Assembly: GCA_038324665.1 (NCBI GenBank)
Contig: JBBQIF010000001.1
Location: 1 to 25,658 of the forward strand
DNA length: 25,658 bases
Origin: Bacteroidia bacterium
GTDB taxonomy: Bacteria; Bacteroidota; Bacteroidia; NS11-12g; UBA955
Direction: 5' to 3'
How positions within the stretch are numbered: the first letter of the stretch is position 1; the number at the start of each line of letters is the position of its first letter. Positions 8,469 to 16,791 of the stretch are shown one piece after another. A program made the translations under genes and the position numbers. Below the pieces are notes generated by a model that searched no databases, was not told the DNA's origin, and saw nothing but the letters and a program-made list of their open reading frames with translations.

Positions 8469-8750
8469 CAATAAGTAAATATATAGATTGATAATTGTCT
8501 ATTAAAGTAAAGTTAAAAGTTGACTAAAATGAAATACATAGAGGCGAAGAATTATCACAGACCATTTGAGTAAAAAAGGACAGATCTCATTCTAATTAGT
8601 TAGCACCTGTTAATTTATTATAAAATCATTCCTCCAGTTTAATTGAAATGAAAAAATAATCTATGCATCTGTAGCTTGGCACCAATTGATAAACACTTTA
8701 AATCTAAATAGTATTTGCGCCCGAAAATTTGGTATAATTGCATTTTAATA

Positions 8751-10418
8751 ATGAAATCTGACATAGAAATATCAAGGGAAACAGAATTGAAACCCATCAC
8801 AGAAATTGCTAAAAACCTGTCAATTCCTGAAGATGATCTGGTGCTTTATGGTAAATACAAGGCAAAAGTTAACCTAAGTCTGATAGATGAGTCCAAAGTT
8901 CAGAAAAGCAACCTCATTTTGGTGACTGCCATTTCCCCTACTAAGGCCGGTGTCGGTAAGACAGTTACGAGTGTCAGCCTTTCATTGGGACTTAATAAAA
9001 TTGGAAAGAAAAGTATAGTTGCGTTGAGAGAACCTTCTCTCGGCCCCGTATTTGGGATGAAGGGTGGCGCAGCGGGAGGTGGTTATGCCCAGGTATTGCC
9101 GATGGAAGACATCAACTTGCATTTTACCGGCGACTTTCATGCCATTACCTCGGCGAATAATACCATTGCCGCATTGCTTGATAATTACCAGTACAACCAT
9201 ATTAATTCCGATAAGGCATTGAAACAGATTGTATGGAAAAGGGTGCTCGATGTCAACGACCGTTCTCTGCGCTACATCAATACAGGCCTAGGTGGTAAGC
9301 TAAATGGCAACCCTCAGGAGACGGGGTTCGATATTACTGCGGCTTCCGAGATTATGGCCATCCTTTGTTTGTCAACAAGCCTGGAAGATCTAAAAGAAAG
9401 AATCAATAGGATTGTTTTGGGTTACCGCTTGGATAATTCACCATTTACAGTTTTAGATTTGGGTATTGGTGATGCCATTGTTATTTTATTAAAAGATGCC
9501 TTGTTGCCCAATCTTGTTCAGACAACTGAGAATACACCGGCCATCATTCATGGTGGTCCGTTTGCGAATATTGCCCACGGCTGCAATTCAATTTTAGCCA
9601 CCAAAATGGCTTTGTCGCTTAGCGATTATGTGGTAACCGAAGCGGGTTTCGGCAGTGACTTAGGCGCAGAAAAATTTCTGGATATCAAATGCCGTATTGC
9701 CAGTTTGCAACCCAAAGTAACTGTCCTAGTAGTAACCACGCAAGCGTTAAAAAATCATGCTAACCTTACCGATTATGCTGCTAAAAAACCCAATCTTGAA
9801 GAATTGAAAAAGGGCTTGCCCAACCTGGAAAGGCATATAGAAAATTTGCAGTCATTTGGGCAGAGCATTGTAGTTGCACTGAACAGGTTTTATTTTGATA
9901 CAGAACCAGAAATTGATTTTTTAAAGCATTGGTGCATTGAAAAACAAACTGCCTTTGCCATCAATGATGCCTTTGTGAATGGAGGTGAGGGTGCCAAGCA
10001 TTTAGCACAGGTAGTAGTGGATACAATACAAAAAAATCCATCGAAGGCAATCGCCTATCAATATGATTTGGCAGATAATATACTGCTTAAGATAAATAAA
10101 ATAGCGACTCAAATATACCGTGCAGCAGATATAGAACTAAGTCATAAGGCAAGGCTTTCCTTATTAAAAATAGAAAAGAACAATTGGCAACACTTGCCAG
10201 TCTGTATTGCCAAAACCCAGTATTCTTTTACCCATGATCCAAAAATATCTGGAGCTCCTACCGGTCATATTTTGGATATAGAAGACCTAATCATTAATGC
10301 CGGTGCCGGATTCATTGTTGCCGTAGCAGGCGATATTATGCGCATGCCTGGATTACCCAAAATGCCAGCCGCTTATGGCATGACGATTAAGGATGGCGTG
10401 ATTGAGGGATTGAGTTAG
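8751..10418 (+). CDS. fhs: Formate--tetrahydrofolate ligase
   Basis: MKSDIEI, YGKYKAK, LVTAISPTKAGVGKT, LREPSLGPVFGMKGGAAGGGYAQV, INLHFTGDFHAITSANN, HGGPFANIAHGCNS, CIAKTQYS and MRMPGLP. The ATG at 8751 is preferred over the TTG at 8715, which lies upstream of the likely -7 element TATAATTG (8733-8740). Confidence 0.97.
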   Translation: MKSDIEISRETELKPITEIAKNLSIPEDDLVLYGKYKAKVNLSLIDESKVQKSNLILVTAISPTKAGVGKTVTSVSLSLGLNKIGKKSIVALREPSLGPVFGMKGGAAGGGYAQVLPMEDINLHFTGDFHAITSANNTIAALLDNYQYNHINSDKALKQIVWKRVLDVNDRSLRYINTGLGGKLNGNPQETGFDITAASEIMAILCLSTSLEDLKERINRIVLGYRLDNSPFTVLDLGIGDAIVILLKDALLPNLVQTTENTPAIIHGGPFANIAHGCNSILATKMALSLSDYVVTEAGFGSDLGAEKFLDIKCRIASLQPKVTVLVVTTQALKNHANLTDYAAKKPNLEELKKGLPNLERHIENLQSFGQSIVVALNRFYFDTEPEIDFLKHWCIEKQTAFAINDAFVNGGEGAKHLAQVVVDTIQKNPSKAIAYQYDLADNILLKINKIATQIYRAADIELSHKARLSLLKIEKNNWQHLPVCIAKTQYSFTHDPKISGAPTGHILDIEDLIINAGAGFIVAVAGDIMRMPGLPKMPAAYGMTIKDGVIEGLS

Positions 10419-10543
10419 GGGAGGTGAAATGTAATTAGTTATTAGAGGCAAGTTGCGATATATTAATGCTGGCAATCAGTGGTTTAATTTAATTGGCTCT
10501 AAGTGCTGAAAATTGATAATACTTAGATACATTTGTACTAGGT

Positions 10544-12001
10544 ATGAAAAAAATAATGTTCCTCATGCTTTTATCCTTTTTTGTTAAGAGCGCACATTCC
10601 CAGTCGATTAGCCTAGTTAAAGACACAATGATTCAGCGTGTTTCAACGGACTCTATGTACTTTATGGACCGCGAAAAAATCATTCCATTTAAGGATAGCG
10701 GGGTTTTAATTATTGCTTACGGGGATTCCGTAGTAACCGGGCAAAGTAGGAAGTGGAGACTTGTTGTAACAGCAATGGATAAGGATTTGAATACCCTATG
10801 GTCAATTAAATTTCCTTTTAATGGCTATTATACTGAGATTACGGCGTGTACTGATAATGCTTATAATGCGTACATTACATATTATTCAGGAGGTGGTAAA
10901 CTCTTGTTTTCAAAGATTTCACCACAGGGCCAATTAATTTTTAGTACAACTTTAAATTCTTCAAACTTCGCACTTCAACCGGTAGTTACCCAGATGAGTA
11001 TTTATAGAAATTATGTTGTTTTATATGGTTGCGACTATATTTCACAAACAAGCTTTACACCGGTCATTTCCCTATTTAAAATGGATGGCAGTTTCTACCA
11101 AAAGAAAATGTTGACTACAAATTCAAATGTTCCTGCTGGTGCCTATAGGATCATTTCCTATTTAACAATAACCAATGAAGACAACCTTGCAATTACCTAT
11201 GTTAAAGATAATTCAGATAATAATATAACTGCCTGTTATGATAGTTTACTTAAAGAGGTGTGGACCAAAACATTTACAAGGGTTCTGGGTTATACGAGCG
11301 GTTTTGGCAAACAAGGGAATCAGCTTGTTTTTATTAATATGGGTGATGGTGATGGATTGGTTTCAACTTACCGTTATGATGCCAAAACTGGTAATGGAGG
11401 ACTAGAAATGGACAATCAGTATTATGATTTAAAATCAGCATTTATTATGAAGGCTATTCCACTGCAAAATGGGAATTATCTCTCTTTCGGAAATTATAAC
11501 ACAACCGGTGGCTTTGATTGTAATATCAATTATTTTGACATTGATATGGTGTTGGCTTCAATAATGCCTAATTCAATTAATTCAAGAAATCGAGTAAGTG
11601 ATGCATGTATAGTGGGTAACTCAATATATGCGGTAGTACTCAGGTTCGTGGATAAATATTGCGATCAGCCCAACTATATATGGCGTGGAACAATGTGGGT
11701 GAAGAAATATAATACTGACTTTTTGAATTTTTCAGGTGTTTCAAAAATCAAGAAGGAAAATGATAGGTCCATTTACCCTAATCCATTTGATAATCAAATT
11801 ACAATAAAATGTAAATCAAGTGAACTTATCGCAAAGTTAGAAATATTTGATGCTTTGGGACATATTATTACTGCTCCTAATGAAAGAAAAGGAGATCATA
11901 TTATTGTTGATACAAGAAACCTCTCGATTGGATTATATATTATCAGGGTAACTGACTCGGAAGAAGTTGTGAGTTCATATAGATTGATGAAATTAAGATA
12001 A
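10544..12001 (+). CDS. Secreted protein of unknown function with T9SS type A sorting domain
   Basis: Signal peptide ending AHS-Q, a beta-rich body, and the CTD IYPNPFDNQITI...FDALG...LSIGLYIIRV...RLMKLR. Promoter TACATTTG lies at 10528-10535. Confidence 0.82.
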   Translation: MKKIMFLMLLSFFVKSAHSQSISLVKDTMIQRVSTDSMYFMDREKIIPFKDSGVLIIAYGDSVVTGQSRKWRLVVTAMDKDLNTLWSIKFPFNGYYTEITACTDNAYNAYITYYSGGGKLLFSKISPQGQLIFSTTLNSSNFALQPVVTQMSIYRNYVVLYGCDYISQTSFTPVISLFKMDGSFYQKKMLTTNSNVPAGAYRIISYLTITNEDNLAITYVKDNSDNNITACYDSLLKEVWTKTFTRVLGYTSGFGKQGNQLVFINMGDGDGLVSTYRYDAKTGNGGLEMDNQYYDLKSAFIMKAIPLQNGNYLSFGNYNTTGGFDCNINYFDIDMVLASIMPNSINSRNRVSDACIVGNSIYAVVLRFVDKYCDQPNYIWRGTMWVKKYNTDFLNFSGVSKIKKENDRSIYPNPFDNQITIKCKSSELIAKLEIFDALGHIITAPNERKGDHIIVDTRNLSIGLYIIRVTDSEEVVSSYRLMKLR

Positions 12002-12018
12002 TAAAAAGTTGTGAGATC

Positions 12019-12309
12019 TTAACGTTTCCTGAATTCATACCTGGTCTTTGCCTTTTGCAGTATTCTTTCCATTATCAGTTCGGTTAAATTTTCTGCAATT
12101 GTTTTAGTATCTGATCCAAAAGCCTGCGCGGCTTTCTTTTCATTAATATCAATTCTATAAAGTAACTGATATAATCTCTGCAAATCGTTTTCAAGCAATT
12201 TTAAAACATGCCTTTCCAATTCAATCCGGGCATTTTCCCATTCCTGCTTTATATCCGTATATTCGGATAAAAGGGAGGCAGCCTCCTCAAAATAAATTTC
12301 GTTGTTCAT
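12019..12309 (-). CDS. Small conserved hypothetical protein (helical)
   Basis: LLENDLQRLYQLLYRIDINEKK...ERILQKAKTR resembles a recurrent Bacteroidota hypothetical family. The ATG at 12309 is preferred because the TTG at 12321 lies inside the promoter TATGTTTG (12326-12319). Confidence 0.72.
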   Translation of the reverse strand: MNNEIYFEEAASLLSEYTDIKQEWENARIELERHVLKLLENDLQRLYQLLYRIDINEKKAAQAFGSDTKTIAENLTELIMERILQKAKTRYEFRKR

Positions 12310-12370
12310 GTTAATATTCAAACATAAGGGAAATTTGAATTTTGCTCAAGATTGAATTGTAATTTAACTC

Positions 12371-12437
12371 ACTGAGCTTGTCGAAGTCAGACTGAGTTTA
12401 TCGAAGTCACGTCACACTGAGTTTATCGAAGTGTGAC
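12371..12437 (+). repeat. REP-like hairpin repeat cluster 2 (3 copies)
   Basis: ACTGAGCTTGTCGAAGT (12371), ACTGAGTTTATCGAAGT (12391) and ACTGAGTTTATCGAAGT (12416). The third copy sits in an 8-bp stem GTCACACT/AGTGTGAC that abuts the stop at 12437-12439. Confidence 0.85.
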
Positions 12438-13123
12438 TAAAAAATCCTAAAGCATAACCCAAACTCAAGTGCTGTACCTTTAATAGCAGTTGAAGTATTG
12501 TTCCCAACTGTGATGCCTTTGATGCCATCTGTTGAGGCATTGGCTGAATAAGTGCTCACCATGGCTAAAGCACCAAGGCGTTTCCAGAAATAATACCTTG
12601 CCTTTATACCTGCACGAATAATACCACCCTTTGCATTATAGTTATAGCTGTTCTCACCGTCTTTACCACTAAATGCAACACCAAATGATCCTAGTGAGGT
12701 ATATAATGACATATCCACTCTTTTGCGTGTGTAAAAGTGATAATTAACATCAAAAGTAAATTCGGATGTCTTGGCAGTTACTGGTTTGTTATCAGAAAGT
12801 TTGAAGCCATAATAGGGTAGTGGGTTAATGGTAAAAAGGTCGTTACCGGAGCTTAGGCCTATTCCCCAACGGTTGGATAATCCAAACTCAATGAACAAAG
12901 GATCACGAATACCATCCATATCTGCTGAATGTATTTGCGAAATACGCGACGATTCTGAATTATTAGCGGGATTGCTGTTGGTAGTTGTATAGTTAGCAGT
13001 GGTTGAACCCTCAGAAATGCTAACTAATAAACAACCTCTTTTAAATGCCTGTGCATTTAGTGTTGTACTAAAAGTAGTGAAACAGAAGAAAGCAACAATG
13101 GCAATTTGATAACGCTTTTTCAT
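12437..13123 (-). CDS. Outer-membrane beta-barrel protein
   Basis: Signal peptide MKKRYQIAIVAFFCFTTFSTTLNA-Q, then QAFKRG, amphipathic strands, and terminal ALEFGLCFRIF. The ATG at 13123 lies 22 nt downstream of a consensus promoter, so the ORF-caller start at 13219 is too far upstream. Confidence 0.8.
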   Translation of the reverse strand: MKKRYQIAIVAFFCFTTFSTTLNAQAFKRGCLLVSISEGSTTANYTTTNSNPANNSESSRISQIHSADMDGIRDPLFIEFGLSNRWGIGLSSGNDLFTINPLPYYGFKLSDNKPVTAKTSEFTFDVNYHFYTRKRVDMSLYTSLGSFGVAFSGKDGENSYNYNAKGGIIRAGIKARYYFWKRLGALAMVSTYSANASTDGIKGITVGNNTSTAIKGTALEFGLCFRIF

Positions 13124-13145
13124 AATAAATGTTAATTGATTAAGA

Positions 13146-13176
13146 CAAATATAACGAAAAAAATGACAATTCCAAA
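13146..13176 (-). promoter_or_regulatory. -33/-7 promoter of the beta-barrel gene
   Basis: Minus strand TTTG (13176-13173), a 19-nt spacer, then TATATTTG (13153-13146). Confidence 0.7.
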
Positions 13177-13209
13177 TCCTTTGAAGCATTGGGCAAATCG
13201 TTTTAAGCG

Positions 13210-13244
13210 CACTAATCACTAATTACTAGTCACTCACCACTTCC
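13210..13244. repeat. Short heptamer-periodic tract
   Basis: CACTAAT CACTAAT TACTAGT CACTCAC CACTTCC, immediately downstream of the stop at 13246. Confidence 0.5.
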
Positions 13245-13245
13245 C

Positions 13246-13776
13246 CTATACAAGCAAAAACTCCATCAACTTCTCAAAAGAAGACTGATTCAAGTGATCA
13301 TAATAACTTGCAGTTAAGCAAAACGAATTTACTTTCCCATTAAATCGATGCTCCAAATATAATTTACCGAATTTTGCATTCTGTCGCATGTTCAGCAGCT
13401 CTTGGTCGCCAATAGTAGGTTTTAAAAAATGTCGGTGGATGATCAATCTCAAGCCACTGTCAAATATTTCCTGTCGTTCATCACTAAGGTTAAGGCAATA
13501 ACCACACTCCTCGAGTTTCGATTTAAAAAAATCCATCAGAAATCCTAGTTCCTGCGTTTTTAACACCGTGGGGTTCCAGGTTATCCTACTTAAATCAGGT
13601 AGCTTTTCAAATTTCAAATCATCTGCACCCATTCCAAAAACCTCGTTGGCATAGCTTCCACTAAGGATCTCTATCACCTCATTGACCTCTTTTTTCAGCC
13701 ATTGTTGATAATGTTCAATAAATGAATCCGTACGAATTAATACCTTTGTATGCATAATAAAAGTGGATGATAACAT
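13246..13776 (-). CDS. Conserved hypothetical protein
   Basis: 176-aa ORF divergent from the MBL gene. FFKSKL...GY..NLSDER, HRHFLKP and SFEKLMEFLL resemble a Bacteroidota hypothetical family. An alternative ATG lies at 13755. Confidence 0.7.
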   Translation of the reverse strand: MLSSTFIMHTKVLIRTDSFIEHYQQWLKKEVNEVIEILSGSYANEVFGMGADDLKFEKLPDLSRITWNPTVLKTQELGFLMDFFKSKLEECGYCLNLSDERQEIFDSGLRLIIHRHFLKPTIGDQELLNMRQNAKFGKLYLEHRFNGKVNSFCLTASYYDHLNQSSFEKLMEFLLV

Positions 13777-13833
13777 TTAAACGTTGTTCTTACATTTCTA
13801 GTATGTTTATATTATAAAAAAATTGTTGAATTA

Positions 13834-15249
13834 ATGAAACTAACTTTTTGGGGTGCGGCAAGACAAGTGACGGGTAGTATGCACCTATTGACCCTAGCCG
13901 ATGGCTATACCATATTAATAGATTGCGGATTGGATTATGAGAATAGAAAAACCTTTGATGAGGATAATAGTAACTTTCCGTTTTTACCGGAGAGCATTGA
14001 TGTTGTTATACTCACCCATGCCCACATCGACCATTCGGGCAATTTGCCCAACCTAGTAAAACAGGGTTATGCTGGACAGATATTATGTACCGATGCAAGT
14101 GTGGATCTTACAAAAAACCTTTTGTTAGATTCATTGAATGTACAGCAGATTGAAAGTAATAAGCGACATAATATTCGCAAGAAAAAATCTAAGAAAAGTA
14201 AATCTTTTAGGGGAAACAAGGACGCAGTTACATTATATGGCCGCAAGCATGTGGATGCTGTAAATGATGCAATGGTAGGTATAGCATTCAGGCAGCCTTT
14301 GAAAATAAGCGATCAATTGACCATAGAGTTTTTCGAGGCAGGGCATATTTTAGGTGCTGCATCCGTTAAAATTACGGTTACGGAAAATGGTGAAACCAAG
14401 ATCATAGGTTTTACCGGCGACCTTGGAAATTATAATTCAAAACTAGTAAAGGATCCCCAGCCAATGCCGGATATTCAGTACTTGGTAAGCGAGAGTACTT
14501 ATGGCGGGCGCTTCCATTCTGATGTTGTAGAGGCCGAATCATTATTGCTGGAATATGTGAACAACACCTGCGTGAAATACAATGGGAAATTAGTGATTCC
14601 TGCTTTTAGTGTAGGACGTACCCAGGCCATTATTTTTGCCTTCCACCAACTGCAGGTTAAGGGTTTATTGCCGGATATTAATATTTATTCTGACAGTCCG
14701 CTCGCCATACGCACCACTAAATTATACGAGAAGTATTTAAGCAGTTTGAATGATGAGGCCCAGGCATTTTATAAGCAACATGGACATCTTTTTGCTTTTC
14801 CTCAGTTGCACGTCATAGAAGAGAGTAAGCAAAGTGAGATCATCAGTATGTCTTCCGAGCCGGCTGTGATTATTTCTGCGGCAGGTATGGTAGAAGGCGG
14901 CAGAATTCAGGAGCATGTTAGAAATAATATTGGCAATCCATATAGCACTATTTTAATTGCGGGTTTTTGTGCGCCAGGTACACTAGGACATGAATTATTA
15001 CAAGGCAGACCGAGTGTTAATATCAATAAAAAGGAAAGACAAGTATATGCTAAAATTGCACGTACAGATGCGTTTAGCGCGCACCCGGATCAGAATGGAC
15101 TGATGCGTTATTTTGAATCGGTTAATTATAAAAGTTTAAAGAAAATATTTCTGGTGCATGGAGAAGAAAGCAGCATGATGAAGTTTAAGGAAAGCCTTAA
15201 TTTATCAACGGTTGAAACGCCGTTTGCTGGGGAAGAGTTTGAGTTGTAG
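13834..15249 (+). CDS. MBL-fold metallo-hydrolase, beta-CASP ribonuclease type (with RNA-specificity domain)
   Basis: MKLTFWGAARQVTGSMH, THAHIDHSG (HxHxDH), GHILGAAS, FTGDLG, ESTYG, IPAFSVGRTQ, GMVEGGRI.EH, FSAHPD and LVHGE. Confidence 0.93.
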   Translation: MKLTFWGAARQVTGSMHLLTLADGYTILIDCGLDYENRKTFDEDNSNFPFLPESIDVVILTHAHIDHSGNLPNLVKQGYAGQILCTDASVDLTKNLLLDSLNVQQIESNKRHNIRKKKSKKSKSFRGNKDAVTLYGRKHVDAVNDAMVGIAFRQPLKISDQLTIEFFEAGHILGAASVKITVTENGETKIIGFTGDLGNYNSKLVKDPQPMPDIQYLVSESTYGGRFHSDVVEAESLLLEYVNNTCVKYNGKLVIPAFSVGRTQAIIFAFHQLQVKGLLPDINIYSDSPLAIRTTKLYEKYLSSLNDEAQAFYKQHGHLFAFPQLHVIEESKQSEIISMSSEPAVIISAAGMVEGGRIQEHVRNNIGNPYSTILIAGFCAPGTLGHELLQGRPSVNINKKERQVYAKIARTDAFSAHPDQNGLMRYFESVNYKSLKKIFLVHGEESSMMKFKESLNLSTVETPFAGEEFEL

Positions 15250-15252
15250 GAA

Positions 15253-15609
15253 TCAATTCCTGATAAGATAACCAACAAAAAATGCTATAGTATAAATGCC
15301 CAGGTATACTGGGATTGCAGCTAAGGAAAAGTGAAAAACCCCAAAAATCAGGAAAAATAAAATGAAAGTGAGGCTATAACCAATAACTTTTCGGACAAGG
15401 CTTGTTGATTTAAAAATAGCATATACAAGGGTATGTGCGGGAAGGCCAGCAAAACCGAGAAGGATGGACATATCTGCGCCTGGCCAGTGCATAATCTTAA
15501 ATGTATATCCTATAAAGGAAATGAATCCGTAAAATAACCATATTAACCTGAAAGCAATTTTATGCTTATTCTTCGGCTTTTCTCTAAAGTCATCTATTAT
15601 TTCATCCAT
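15253..15609 (-). CDS. Small membrane protein with a GldL N-terminal-like motif
   Basis: Four hydrophobic segments and FKIMHWPGAD, the FKIxHWPG motif of GldL/PorL N-termini. It has no cytoplasmic coiled-coil and overlaps the GT stop by 8 nt. Confidence 0.7.
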   Translation of the reverse strand: MDEIIDDFREKPKNKHKIAFRLIWLFYGFISFIGYTFKIMHWPGADMSILLGFAGLPAHTLVYAIFKSTSLVRKVIGYSLTFILFFLIFGVFHFSLAAIPVYLGIYTIAFFVGYLIRN

Positions 15610-16678
15610 AAATAGCCATCAGTTTTTTTGAAATTTCTCCCGCATCAAATTGCTTAAGATGCTCAGTATAATTAGTTTTTGTTTTATCTTTTTCAAGTAA
15701 TTGTTGCAATGCTTTTACCATACTGTCCTGTTGGTTGACATCGAAAAACAAAGTGCCTTCAGGCGCTATTTCCCTGAATACAGGTATGTCATTTACCGCT
15801 ATAGGAAGCCCTGTGCAGGCGGCTTCAATTAAAGGGATGCCAAATCCTTCTATCATACTAGGGTAAATAAATCCTTGAGCTCCATGATATAATAAAGGTA
15901 AATCTTCAGTGGAAATATCGTCAACTAAGTTGACTTTATTTTCGAGGCCAAGTGTTTTAAGCAAGGTGACACATTCATAATAAGTTTCACCCTTCCTTCC
16001 TGCCAACACAAGTTGCGTGTTATTTTGTTTAATTGAAGCAAATGCCTTAATCAGTGCAACATGATTTTTTCGTGTTTGAAAACTACTGACATATAACAAA
16101 TATGGTTGTTGCAAATGATGTCTGGTCCTAAATGTTTCAATTGCATTGTCAGTGTAAATAGCACGGTATTGCTCGCCGCATGATTGGTAAATAACTTTTA
16201 TCTTTCGTTCATCCGCCTTGTAAAATTTGATAAGGTCGTAAGCAGTAGCCTGACTAGTTGCTATCACAATATCAGCAACTTTAACTGCATGTTTTGATTT
16301 CTGGTCGTAAATAGTGCGATCAATTAGAGCATAATGTTCGGGAAATGACCTGAAAATAACATCATGTATAGTCACTACCTTCTTAATTGATTTTGGAAAT
16401 CTACCATAGGGTAGTTCATTGCTCAAACCATGAAAGACATCGAGCTTGTATAATTGCATGTCTTTAATAATGCCATGTGCTCTCCACAAAATATGTTGTC
16501 CTAGGGGAACAACTGCAATAGCATTTGGAGGTAATTTTGTTAAATCAGGATTTTTATCATAAAGGAAGTATTCATTGTCAGGAAAATGCTGACAAAGGCC
16601 TTTTACCAAATCACGACTGTAATTGCCTAACCCCGTTGAATTATGAAAATACCTTTTTGCATCAAACCCAATTTTCAT
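15602..16678 (-). CDS. Glycosyltransferase family 4 (GT-B)
   Basis: MKIGFDAKRYFHNSTGLGNYSR, FHGLSNELP, VVTIHDVIF, RKNH, and YPSMIEGFGIPLIEA (Ex7E motif). Confidence 0.93.
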   Translation of the reverse strand: MKIGFDAKRYFHNSTGLGNYSRDLVKGLCQHFPDNEYFLYDKNPDLTKLPPNAIAVVPLGQHILWRAHGIIKDMQLYKLDVFHGLSNELPYGRFPKSIKKVVTIHDVIFRSFPEHYALIDRTIYDQKSKHAVKVADIVIATSQATAYDLIKFYKADERKIKVIYQSCGEQYRAIYTDNAIETFRTRHHLQQPYLLYVSSFQTRKNHVALIKAFASIKQNNTQLVLAGRKGETYYECVTLLKTLGLENKVNLVDDISTEDLPLLYHGAQGFIYPSMIEGFGIPLIEAACTGLPIAVNDIPVFREIAPEGTLFFDVNQQDSMVKALQQLLEKDKTKTNYTEHLKQFDAGEISKKLMAIYG

Positions 16679-16715
16679 TCTATTTAGTTATAATTCGTTT
16701 ATGATAAATTCTCAT

Positions 16716-16791
16716 CGAAGCCGACGCACACTGAGCGAAGCCGAAGTGAGCGACACCGGCGGTGACTGAGCGAAGCCGAAGTCACACCGCC
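16716..16791 (+). repeat. REP-like hairpin repeat cluster 3 (2 copies plus a partial copy)
   Basis: ACTGAGCGAAGCCGAAGT at 16730-16747 and 16765-16782, with partial CGAAGCCGA at 16716. The second copy overlaps the dapD stop and extends as the stem GGCGGTGACT/AGTCACACCGCC. Confidence 0.85.

Noticed and set aside
8529-8573. 14-codon ORF MKYIEAKNYHRPFE
   Set aside because: No supporting motif or promoter. Such ORFs are expected by chance in AT-rich DNA.
7341-8700. IS or transposon boundaries around the mobile mystery pair
   Set aside because: No terminal inverted repeats, target-site duplication or recombinase could be found by eye.
8500-8750. ZTP or THF riboswitch upstream of fhs
   Set aside because: The region is AT-rich with no recognisable conserved riboswitch core or GC stems, and the likely promoter is only 10 nt from the ATG.
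12371-12437. CRISPR array interpretation of the 17-nt repeats
   Set aside because: The repeats are too short, the spacers are only 3-8 nt, there are at most three copies per cluster, and there are no cas genes.
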